Origin: Acidothermus cellulolyticus 11B
Lineage (GTDB): Bacteria > Actinomycetota > Actinomycetes > Acidothermales > Acidothermaceae
Length of the DNA stretch: 32,000 bases
Direction: 5' to 3'
Assembly: GCF_000015025.1 (NCBI RefSeq)
Contig: NC_008578.1
Coordinates: 900,001-932,000, forward strand
Both the position numbers and the translations under genes were made by a program. A model generated the notes under the pieces. It had not been told where the DNA came from. It was given only the letters and a program-made list of their open reading frames with translations, and ran no database searches. Shown here piece by piece: positions 8,353 through 16,436 of the stretch (position 1 is its first letter; the number at the start of each line of letters is the position of its first letter).

Positions 8353-10378
8353 TTGGCGTGACCAAATCCTGAGTGAGTTCACACCCCAGGTCGCCCGGCT
8401 TACCCTGGTCGCGGATCCGGACGGCCTGCTCCTTGAAGAAGGTGTGCTCGAAGGGATCCGGGAACGGGGCTTTGAGCTGATCCCGTTCGAGGATCATGTC
8501 GCCTTTCGCTATGCCTACGAATCCAAGTTCCGCTCCCGCTGGGACCGTCGTGAGGAAACCGATCTGGTGGTGGTGCTGAGATCGCCGTCGAGCGATCTCG
8601 ATGCCTTGCCCTACGACCTGCTGCAGGCTGGCCGCAAGCTCTCTTTCAACCTGGGCGATCTCTTCCCGAATCTCAGCTACCCCGTGGTCGCGGTACTCGA
8701 CCGGGCTGATCTCGACGTCTTGTTCGATGCGCAATTGAGGCACGCGCCGGGGCCGCTCGGCGACAACGCGACGAAGGAGTTCGTCCTTCGTCATGTGTTC
8801 GAGATCGCGCCGGAACTCATCAAGCAGCCATCTGACCTACTCCGGGTCTTGCTGCGTCGCCATTACCGCGGACAACGAATCCCCCACATCCTCGATGAGC
8901 GTTTTATCCAGGTGCTTCGTCAAAACGGCCTATTTGAGGATTGGCCTCTGGAAGCCATCATTCCGGACGAGCAAGCATTCTTTGCGTTCCTGCAGGAGCG
9001 TTGGCCGGTGTTCCTGGATTCGCTCGCGAATTCAAACGATGATGCCGTCTACGCGGGTGCGGCGGTCTACGGCTTCAAGTCCCCAGGACCTGCGCTCTTG
9101 CCTTTCGACCACGACGATGTCCGCGTCTACCTCGACAACCTGTTCTTCGAAGGATTGCTCCAGCCAGTTCTTCACGAGCAAGCGCAGACGCTTGCACAGT
9201 CTTGGGCAGTGTGTGGCGTGAGAATCTCGCCAGAGGAAGATCGCCTACGCCGCGTGAGGGGTCTTCTCGATTTTATCGAGAAGACGCTTCCCACAGTAGA
9301 CTCGCGGTACGCGGAGTGGCTTGAGTTTGCTCCTCGTTGGTCCGAACTCGTTGCGCTGACGTTGGACTCAGACCTGCCTACGCGCGACGCACAGGCAAGC
9401 GCTACGCTACCACCCGGATACGGGGAGCGTTTGGAGGCATTGAAAGCTCAGATCGATGTCACGTTCACCGAATGGATCGTGAAGCGCTACGCAAGTCTCA
9501 TCAACCTTCCGCCACTGCCGCCGGTGATGCTGCATCACATCCCTCCCTTCCTCGCTAGAAACCTTGACAATGCCCACGATGCAAAAGTCGCTCTTTTGCT
9601 CATGGACGGTCTTGCCTTGGACCAGTGGGTTGTCTTGCGTCGTGTACTTGAGGAGTCAGATGCGACGTTGCGGTTCCGCGACAACGTCGTATTCGCTTGG
9701 ATTCCGACTATTACTTCCGTTTCCCGACAAGCCACGTTTGCCGGTAAGCCGCCCATCTATTTCCCAACGAGTATCCTTACCACGACCAAAGAGTCGGAAC
9801 TTTGGACTCAGTTCTGGGTTGGGGAAGGGTTAACGAAACATGAGGTGGGCTACATGAAGGGACTCGGAGACGGAAGCTTGGACGGGCTTGCCGAGCTCCT
9901 GAGCCGACCCAGGTTACGCGTTGTCGGATTGGTTATCAACAAGGTCGATCGAATCATGCACGGCATGGAGCTAGGATCGGCGGGCATGCACAACCAAGTT
10001 CGACTATGGGCGAGGCAGGGATTCATGTGTGATCTCCTTCGTTTGCTCCATGACCGTGGATTTCAGGTTTATCTCACCTCAGACCACGGCAACATCGAGT
10101 CGGAGGGCATAGGTGAACCTTCCGAAGGATCGGTCGCGAAGGAAGCTGGCGAGCGTGTTCGGGTCTATTCGGATCTCAAGCTCAGGGCCCAGGTCAAGGA
10201 GCGGTTCCGAGGGGCAGTAGAGTGGCCGCCTTTCGGCCTACCGGAGGACTACCTCGCCCTTATTGCTCCTAACCGAGCCGCCTTCGTACAGAGAGGGAAA
10301 ACCAGGGTCGCTCATGGCGGTATCAGTGTCGAAGAGCTTCTTGTCCCCTTTGTCGAAATTGAGAGACAAGATCGATGA
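8345..10378 (+). CDS. pglZ: PglZ-domain (alkaline-phosphatase superfamily) protein
   Basis: 677-aa ORF. Its ATG overlaps the helicase stop (ATGGGTAG). The C-terminal half carries PglZ-type metal/catalytic motifs: 'LLLMDGLALDQW', 'IPTITSVSRQATFAGK', 'NKVDRIMHG' and 'YLTSDHGNIES'. Confidence 0.8.
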   Translation: MGSWRDQILSEFTPQVARLTLVADPDGLLLEEGVLEGIRERGFELIPFEDHVAFRYAYESKFRSRWDRREETDLVVVLRSPSSDLDALPYDLLQAGRKLSFNLGDLFPNLSYPVVAVLDRADLDVLFDAQLRHAPGPLGDNATKEFVLRHVFEIAPELIKQPSDLLRVLLRRHYRGQRIPHILDERFIQVLRQNGLFEDWPLEAIIPDEQAFFAFLQERWPVFLDSLANSNDDAVYAGAAVYGFKSPGPALLPFDHDDVRVYLDNLFFEGLLQPVLHEQAQTLAQSWAVCGVRISPEEDRLRRVRGLLDFIEKTLPTVDSRYAEWLEFAPRWSELVALTLDSDLPTRDAQASATLPPGYGERLEALKAQIDVTFTEWIVKRYASLINLPPLPPVMLHHIPPFLARNLDNAHDAKVALLLMDGLALDQWVVLRRVLEESDATLRFRDNVVFAWIPTITSVSRQATFAGKPPIYFPTSILTTTKESELWTQFWVGEGLTKHEVGYMKGLGDGSLDGLAELLSRPRLRVVGLVINKVDRIMHGMELGSAGMHNQVRLWARQGFMCDLLRLLHDRGFQVYLTSDHGNIESEGIGEPSEGSVAKEAGERVRVYSDLKLRAQVKERFRGAVEWPPFGLPEDYLALIAPNRAAFVQRGKTRVAHGGISVEELLVPFVEIERQDR

Positions 10379-11157
10379 TGAAGCACCCGGTGCAGATCGG
10401 CTTCAGCCAACGCGTGCGTCTCGAATGGTACGAGAGCACGGCAAACCTCGTACTGGCTGGAAATGATGAAGTGTCGATCTACCACATTCTCGATGAGATG
10501 CTCAAAGAGACGTTGTCGGTCGTTGGAAATGCGCGACGAGGTACTCGAGAGAAAGTCATCACCATTCTCATGAAGATCTGGGTTCGACCCCCACGTCACC
10601 TTGAAGATATGAAGCGGGAAGGACTCCAGTTCCTTCAGCGCTTGTCACGCCGGGATCGCATCACAGTCCACTGGGGTATGACCATGGCGGTCTATCCCTT
10701 CTGGGGAACCGTGGCAACTTACGTTGGGCGACTGCTCAGACTTCAGGGTACGGCCACTGCTGGCCAGGTGCAGCGGCGCGTTCGGGAGCAATTTGGCGAA
10801 CGCAGCACGGTCACGCGAGCAACGCAACGGGTGCTGCGGAGCTTTATTGATTGGGGAGTGCTACAGGAGACGTCGGAGCGAGGCAGTTATGCGGCTGGAT
10901 CGGTGCTGGACGTGACTCAGCGGGACGTCATCGCGTGGCTGGTCGAAGCAGCCTTACACGCCCATCAAGTCCGCGCTGCACCGCTCGGAACTGTTCTTGA
11001 GTCCACAAGCCTGTTTCCGTTCCGCTTTAGTTACCTCCCGCCGATGCGCTTAGTTGCTGAATCGGACCGTCTTGATCTGCTGCGGTACGATTTAAATCAA
11101 GAATTAATCACGTCCCGCTCGAATGCTCCGTCCGTGGCGCGCAGCGGAGGTATATGA
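10375..11157 (+). CDS. 260-aa hypothetical protein, BrxA-like (DUF1819) by position and weak resemblance
   Basis: ATGA overlap with the pglZ stop. It is the last gene of the operon, the slot occupied by brxA in type 3 BREX. 'GERSTVTRATQRVLRSFIDWGVLQE' is reminiscent of the DUF1819 C-terminal region (weak, from memory). Confidence 0.45.
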   Translation: MMKHPVQIGFSQRVRLEWYESTANLVLAGNDEVSIYHILDEMLKETLSVVGNARRGTREKVITILMKIWVRPPRHLEDMKREGLQFLQRLSRRDRITVHWGMTMAVYPFWGTVATYVGRLLRLQGTATAGQVQRRVREQFGERSTVTRATQRVLRSFIDWGVLQETSERGSYAAGSVLDVTQRDVIAWLVEAALHAHQVRAAPLGTVLESTSLFPFRFSYLPPMRLVAESDRLDLLRYDLNQELITSRSNAPSVARSGGI

Positions 11158-11457
11158 GGACTGGAGGCGTGCCTGCGAGTGAGTTGCGTCGTCGAGCGAC
11201 GAATAAGGAGCGGATCCGCAAATTGCGGATTAAGTCGCGCCGTGATTCTGCTTCGGCAACCTCTATACAGTAATTCGTGACCCAAGCGGGTGCTTGTCGC
11301 GCTGTTGGACACATATCGTCTGCACTCGCCGGAACTCGACGAGAAGAATGCCTCTGTGCTTGTAGCTGATGGGCGATACAGCTTTACTCCTAGCTATGCA
11401 TGCCCTGCTGGAGACAGTCTGCGGTGAGGACGTTATCGTCGGAATTCGCCTTAGTGA

Positions 11458-11721
11458 GCTTTATGGCGGCTCTCACATCTTTGGTGGCTACCACCTTATC
11501 ACCCCGTAGTTGACGGGGTGGATCCGCGGGTGGCGCCGGAGCATTACGTGTCGCACACCTACCGGGCGGCCCAGGCGGATGGGTGGGTGCGGCTTACCGT
11601 GCACTGGGAGGCGGTGTTCACCACCGGTGGGATCACCTACCCGATCGACCCGATCGACGTCACCACCACCATCCACTACCCCGTCCACCAAGCCCGCGCC
11701 GTCCTCGTCACCACTCCGTAA
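11458..11721 (+). pseudogene. Possible 3' fragment of a disrupted high-GC gene at the island/chromosome junction
   Basis: The frame is open from 11458. The only start listed is GTG 11518 (67 aa: ...VSHTYRAAQADGWVRLTVHWEAVFTTGGITYPIDPIDVTTTIHYPVHQARAVLVTTP*). The sequence looks protein-like and matches host-like GC. It has no RBS and no upstream ATG, and it abuts a lower-GC segment. Confidence 0.3.
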
Positions 11722-12179
11722 ACGCATTTATCCGGAATTTGCGTATTCAACCGGAGAAGACAGGGTGTGGTCGGCCGCTTCCGCGAAATGAGAAGTCGCG
11801 GCAATGCGAATGTAGCGGAAAATCCTGAATGAGTGTTTTCGTCCCTGGCCGTCGATAAAATAGGCACCTACCCATGACCGGGTCGACGCGCGTGTCGGTG
11901 TGGACTGCCGGGTCGGCGCGGACCAGTGGTAGGAGCGGCTGGCCGGGGCTGCGCTCAATGCCAGCGGCGTTCGGGTGGCCGGATCGGCAGCAAGGGCCGG
12001 ACAGGCATCGACGACCGGTCAGGTATGCCTCGCCGGGCGCTGCCAACCAGCCGCGCCAGCACGGCCCCGGCCAGCCCCGCCGCCGCGCCGACCCGGCCAC
12101 GACCCCCCGGGGCCGCGCACGACCGGGCCACACGCCCCGCCGGAGAGACACGGACCGCAGGATGGAGGAGCCAGCGGCA

Positions 12180-13517
12180 ATGAACCGGATCACCTTCCTT
12201 CACACGGCTGACTGGCAGCTCGGCAAACCATTCGCCCAGGTCGCCGATCCCGACAAGCGGTCCGCGATCCGAAAGGCGCGGATCGACGTCCTCGACCGTA
12301 TCAGCGAAATCGCAGCCCGTGAAGGTGCGGCCTTCGTCGTGGTCGCCGGCGACCTCTTCGACTCCACGACCGTGGACAAACCGACGGTCTCCGCCGCCTG
12401 CGCCGCCATTGGACGGTTTCCCGTACCGGTCCTCGTGATACCCGGCAACCACGACCACGGTGGCCCCGGCTCCATCTGGCAGCAACCCTTCTTTCAACGG
12501 GAATGCGCGCAGCTGGCCCCGAACCTGACCGTGCTGCTCGAACCCGCCCCCGTCCTGCTCGAGCAGGCTGTCATCCTGCCCTGCCCGTTGCTGCACCGCG
12601 CGGTATCCGGCGATCCGTCTGCGTGGCTGCACGACAGCACGACCTTCGACGCGCTGCCGCCGGATCTGCCGCGGATCGTGGTCGCACACGGCTCGACCCA
12701 ACGTTTTGTCGGCGGTTGGGCTGACGATGACGAGGAAGACCCCGTCACCAATTTCATCGATCTCGACCGGTTGGAGCGCATGCCCATCGACTACGTCGCC
12801 TTAGGTGACTGGCACGGGACGCTGCAGGTCGGCGTCCGCTCCTGGTACGCCGGCACACCCGAACCCGACCGCTTCCCGAAAGGCGACGACCAGGACCCCG
12901 GCAACGTTCTCGTGGTTCGCGTGGCCCGCGAAGAATTACCGGAGGTCCAGCCGATCCGCACCGCGCGGCTTTCCTGGCGGCGAATGACGTGTGCCTTCAC
13001 CGACGACGCGTCGCTGGACACCGTCGCAGACGACATCGGCCGGACCGTCGGAGACCGGGCCGGCGAAACGCTGCTCCGACTCGCGCTGAGCGGTTCGCTG
13101 GGCATTGAGGCGCACACCCGGCTTGAGCAGCTGCTCGATTCGTGGCAGGCCCGTCTCGCCTGGCTCAAAATAAGCGGGGACGTGCGCGTTGCCCCAACGG
13201 ACGCCGAAATCGCCGAGCTGGCAAGGCGTCCCGCCGATCCGCTGATCGCCGGTGTCGCAGCCGCCCTCATCGCTCGGGCTACCCGGGCCGCTCTTCCGGA
13301 CGTCGCCCACGACGCTCTGGCGACCGAGGTCCCGGCCGCCGAGCCCGCCGCCCCGCCCGCCCCGGACGCCACCCCGCCCGCCAGCCCGGACGACGACTCC
13401 GCCATCCCGGCCGCCGAAGCCGTCACCCCGCCCACCAGCCCGGACGACGACGCGCACGTGGCCCAGCTTGCGCTGCGTTTGCTCTACGAGGCCTGCCGTC
13501 AGGAGGCGACGATATGA
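12180..13517 (+). CDS. Calcineurin-like metallophosphoesterase, SbcD/YhaO-like DNA exonuclease subunit
   Basis: The true start is taken as ATG 12180 (MNRITFLHTADWQLGKPF), with GGAGGAG upstream; ATG 12162 is an alternative. Phosphoesterase motifs are 'HTADWQLG', 'VVVAGDLFD', 'VIPGNHD' and 'VVAHG'. The Pro/Ala/Asp-rich C-terminal tail contains an internal duplication. The ATGA overlap with the next gene lies at 13514-13517. Confidence 0.85.
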   Translation: MNRITFLHTADWQLGKPFAQVADPDKRSAIRKARIDVLDRISEIAAREGAAFVVVAGDLFDSTTVDKPTVSAACAAIGRFPVPVLVIPGNHDHGGPGSIWQQPFFQRECAQLAPNLTVLLEPAPVLLEQAVILPCPLLHRAVSGDPSAWLHDSTTFDALPPDLPRIVVAHGSTQRFVGGWADDDEEDPVTNFIDLDRLERMPIDYVALGDWHGTLQVGVRSWYAGTPEPDRFPKGDDQDPGNVLVVRVAREELPEVQPIRTARLSWRRMTCAFTDDASLDTVADDIGRTVGDRAGETLLRLALSGSLGIEAHTRLEQLLDSWQARLAWLKISGDVRVAPTDAEIAELARRPADPLIAGVAAALIARATRAALPDVAHDALATEVPAAEPAAPPAPDATPPASPDDDSAIPAAEAVTPPTSPDDDAHVAQLALRLLYEACRQEATI

Positions 13518-16267
13518 GACTCGACTCCGCTACCGTCCGCCGCTATCGGCTGCACCGGGACCTCACGGTCGAATTCGACCCGTCGCGCACGCTGATTACC
13601 GGAGATAACGAGACCGGCAAGAGCACGCTGGTCGAGGCGATTCACCGCGCCCTCTTCCTCAAGGCCACTGTCACCGGCAGCGTCCTCGCGGAGATGCGGT
13701 CTCACCTGTACGGCAGCTATCCGGAGGTGGAACTCCGGTTCACCGTCGGCGGTGACACGTACCAGCTGCGCAAACGCTTCGCCGGCCAGCAAGGCACCGC
13801 AACCTTGAGCCAGGTCGGCGGCCGAACCTGGCACGGCGAAGAAGCCGAGGAACGGCTTGCCGAGCTGCTCGGCGTCGAACCCACCGGCGGCGGCCGGGGC
13901 ATCGATAAACGGCTCAACGCCCAGTGGGCGCATCTGTGGGTCTGGCAGGGACAAGGCGGCGAGGATCCCGCCCAATACACGGCCGCCCACAACCAGCAAC
14001 TCCTTCAGCAGCTGCAGCGCGTCGGCGGTGCGGTGGCCATGCAATCTGCCCTGGACGGCCGGGTCGCTGAGCATTTCGCGCAGCTGTACGACCGCCTGTT
14101 CACCCAGACCGGAAAGGAAAGAGCCGGGTCAGACCTGGCCGCCGCCAAAACCGCTTATGAGCAGGCCCGGGAGCGGTTCGAGCAGGCGGCGCTGCGCCTT
14201 GAGCGCGTCGAAACCGCGATGAGTGACTTCGAGCACGCCGAGGAAACCATCCGCGAGGCCGCCGCCAGCCGGGAGGACGCCCAGCGGCAACTCCAGGCGG
14301 TCAACGAAAAATTGGAGAAACTCACCAGACTGCGCGACCAGGAGCAGGCGCAGGCCCGTGAATTGGCCGAAATCCAGGGCCGGTTGGCGGCCGTTGAAGA
14401 GACCGACCGGAAAATCCGGGAGTACCAGGACCAGGCCCGAAAGCTGCAGGACGACGCCGTCCCCTTGCACGCCAAGCTGGCGGACGCCGACCAGCGCTTG
14501 CGCGATGTACGGGACCAGGTAGGCCGCGCGCAGAAAATCCGTGACGAGGCGGCGGAAAAAGCCCGGCAGGCCCGCAGAATCCGGGATTTGGCCGTTGCGT
14601 ATGAACGGATGCTGGACGCCGAGCAGCAGCATCAGGCTCTCGCCCTGCGGGTGGCGGAGATCGAACGCCACGAGCAGACCATCCGGGAACGCGGCAGCCG
14701 GCTTGCCCAGCTCCCGGCCATTGACCGAAACGACCTGGAGGAGCTTCAGGAGCGCGATCGCGAGCGCGGCGAGGCCGACGCCCGTCTGACCGCAGCTGCG
14801 CCGGAAATTGAACTGCTCGAATCCTCCCTGCCCGTGCGGCTCGGCGACCGGGCGCTGTCGCCCGGGGAGCCGGTGAGAGTTCTAGAAACCACCGAATTGA
14901 CAGCCGGCGACCTGCGGGTGCGCATTCACCCCGGCCGTGGGGAGAATCTCGCGTCCCTTCGGGCCCGGATCGCAGAACTCGGTCGCGAGATCCAGGAAAA
15001 GCTGGACCGATGGGGGCTGCCGGGGATCGCCGAAGCCGCTGCGGTTGTCGTGCAACGGCAAGAGATTCAGCAGGAGATCGACCGGCTGCAGGCGGCGCGT
15101 GAGGCGCTGAATCCGGAATCGACCCGGGCGCAATTCCAGGAGGCCGAGCAGCGCCTGATCGCCGCCCGGGCCGAACGGGACCGGCTGCAGCCAACCGTGG
15201 GCGACGGGTACGCCGTCCCGGGAAACCTTGAGGCCGCCCGGCACCAGGTTGACGAGGCACAACAGCGCGTGGATGAGGCCGAAGCCGGCGAGCAGCACGC
15301 CGCCGGCGTCCTGGAGACCCTGACCGCGGAGTTGGCGCAACTCACCGCGGATCGGGAGAGCGTCGAGCAATCGCTCCGGGAGCTCCAACGCCAACAACAC
15401 GAAGCGGACGCCGCAATTCGCGTCCTCGTCGAACAAGCCGGCGACGAGACCCAGCGCCGCAGCCACCTCCAGGAATTGCACGAGGCGGTTCAGACCCTGG
15501 AAAAACGCCTCGAAGAAACCCGTGCTGCGATCGCCGAATTACAACCCGACCTTCTCGACGCGGATCGGGAACGCCTCGAGCGTGTCCTCCACAACGCCCA
15601 GGAAAGCATCCGGCTGTCGGAACAGCGGCGGGCCGCAGCCCACGCGCTCCTGCAGACCGACGGCAGCACGGATCCCCGCGCCGAATACGCCCACGCCCGG
15701 GCGCAGCTGGCTGAGGCCGATGAGCGGCGGAAGGCCGCGGAGCGTTACGCAGCCGCCGTCCGGCTGGTGCACGAACTCTTCGCCGCTCAGCAAAAACAGC
15801 TTGCCGAGCATTTCTCGCGGCCGCTGGCTGAAAAAATCACCACCTACCTTCAGCCCGTGTTCGGACCCCGCGTGCAGGCGGTGGCGAAATTCGACGGCAA
15901 CGATTTCAAAGGCGTCGAGCTGGTTCGCCCGGCCCTGGACGCCGCGCTGCCGTTCGACGCGCTCAGCGGCGGGACACGCGAACAGGTGGCCGCCGCGGTA
16001 CGCCTGGCGATCGCCGAACTGCTGGCGGCCGACCATGACGGCACGTTGCCCGTCGTCTTCGACGATGCCTTCGCCAATTCCGACCCGCACCGCATCGCGC
16101 TGCTGCAGCGCACCCTCGACCTCGGCGCCCGCCGCGGCCTCCAGATCATCGTTCTGACCTGCCACGGCACCTCCTATTCCGCGCTGGGGGCCCGGCACAT
16201 CGAGCTCGAATCACCGAGAGCACCTGCGGATTCCCGCCCGGTGTCGGTGACCGATCCTGCGCAGTAG
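13514..16267 (+). CDS. SMC/SbcC/YhaN-like AAA ATPase with long coiled coil
   Basis: The start is ATG 13514 (MRLDSATVRRYRLHRDL...). Walker A is 'TGDNETGKSTLVEAI'. About 600 aa of Ala/Glu/Arg/Gln-rich coiled coil follow. The ABC signature is 'LSGGTREQVAAAVRLA' and Walker B is 'LPVVFDDAFANSD'. The 5' extension in the track (from 13142) overlaps the upstream gene and is Arg/Pro junk. Confidence 0.85.
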   Translation: MRLDSATVRRYRLHRDLTVEFDPSRTLITGDNETGKSTLVEAIHRALFLKATVTGSVLAEMRSHLYGSYPEVELRFTVGGDTYQLRKRFAGQQGTATLSQVGGRTWHGEEAEERLAELLGVEPTGGGRGIDKRLNAQWAHLWVWQGQGGEDPAQYTAAHNQQLLQQLQRVGGAVAMQSALDGRVAEHFAQLYDRLFTQTGKERAGSDLAAAKTAYEQARERFEQAALRLERVETAMSDFEHAEETIREAAASREDAQRQLQAVNEKLEKLTRLRDQEQAQARELAEIQGRLAAVEETDRKIREYQDQARKLQDDAVPLHAKLADADQRLRDVRDQVGRAQKIRDEAAEKARQARRIRDLAVAYERMLDAEQQHQALALRVAEIERHEQTIRERGSRLAQLPAIDRNDLEELQERDRERGEADARLTAAAPEIELLESSLPVRLGDRALSPGEPVRVLETTELTAGDLRVRIHPGRGENLASLRARIAELGREIQEKLDRWGLPGIAEAAAVVVQRQEIQQEIDRLQAAREALNPESTRAQFQEAEQRLIAARAERDRLQPTVGDGYAVPGNLEAARHQVDEAQQRVDEAEAGEQHAAGVLETLTAELAQLTADRESVEQSLRELQRQQHEADAAIRVLVEQAGDETQRRSHLQELHEAVQTLEKRLEETRAAIAELQPDLLDADRERLERVLHNAQESIRLSEQRRAAAHALLQTDGSTDPRAEYAHARAQLAEADERRKAAERYAAAVRLVHELFAAQQKQLAEHFSRPLAEKITTYLQPVFGPRVQAVAKFDGNDFKGVELVRPALDAALPFDALSGGTREQVAAAVRLAIAELLAADHDGTLPVVFDDAFANSDPHRIALLQRTLDLGARRGLQIIVLTCHGTSYSALGARHIELESPRAPADSRPVSVTDPAQ

Positions 16268-16343
16268 CTGATTCCGCCGCGGGCAGGGCTGAACCACGGC
16301 CCCGCTGTGCAGACCACGCCGGACGGCGTCCGGCCGAGACGGC

Positions 16344-16384
16344 CTCGCGTGGAGTGGCCGACTCGCGTGGAGTGGCCGACTCGG
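16344..16384. repeat. 18-bp perfect tandem repeat x2 plus 5 nt of a third unit
   Basis: CTCGCGTGGAGTGGCCGA occurs at 16344-16361 and 16362-16379, followed by CTCGG. It lies in the intergenic region between the ATPase stop (16267) and the acyltransferase start (16437). Confidence 0.85.
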
Positions 16385-16436
16385 CTGCCTGTCCCGAAGA
16401 CGCAACACCTGTCGGAATGAACCCTAGGCTGCGGGT

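Noticed and set aside
11874-12179. A 100-aa Arg/Pro/Gly-rich N-terminal extension of the phosphoesterase ORF (track start 11874)
   Set aside because: The sequence is low-complexity and non-protein-like. The canonical metallophosphoesterase N-terminus (MNRITFLHTADWQLG) begins at ATG 12180, with GGAGGAG upstream.
13142-13513. A 124-aa upstream extension of the SbcC-like ORF (track start 13142)
   Set aside because: It overlaps the 3' end of the phosphoesterase gene in another frame and is Arg/Pro-rich junk. The conserved N-terminus with Walker A starts at ATG 13514, in an ATGA overlap.
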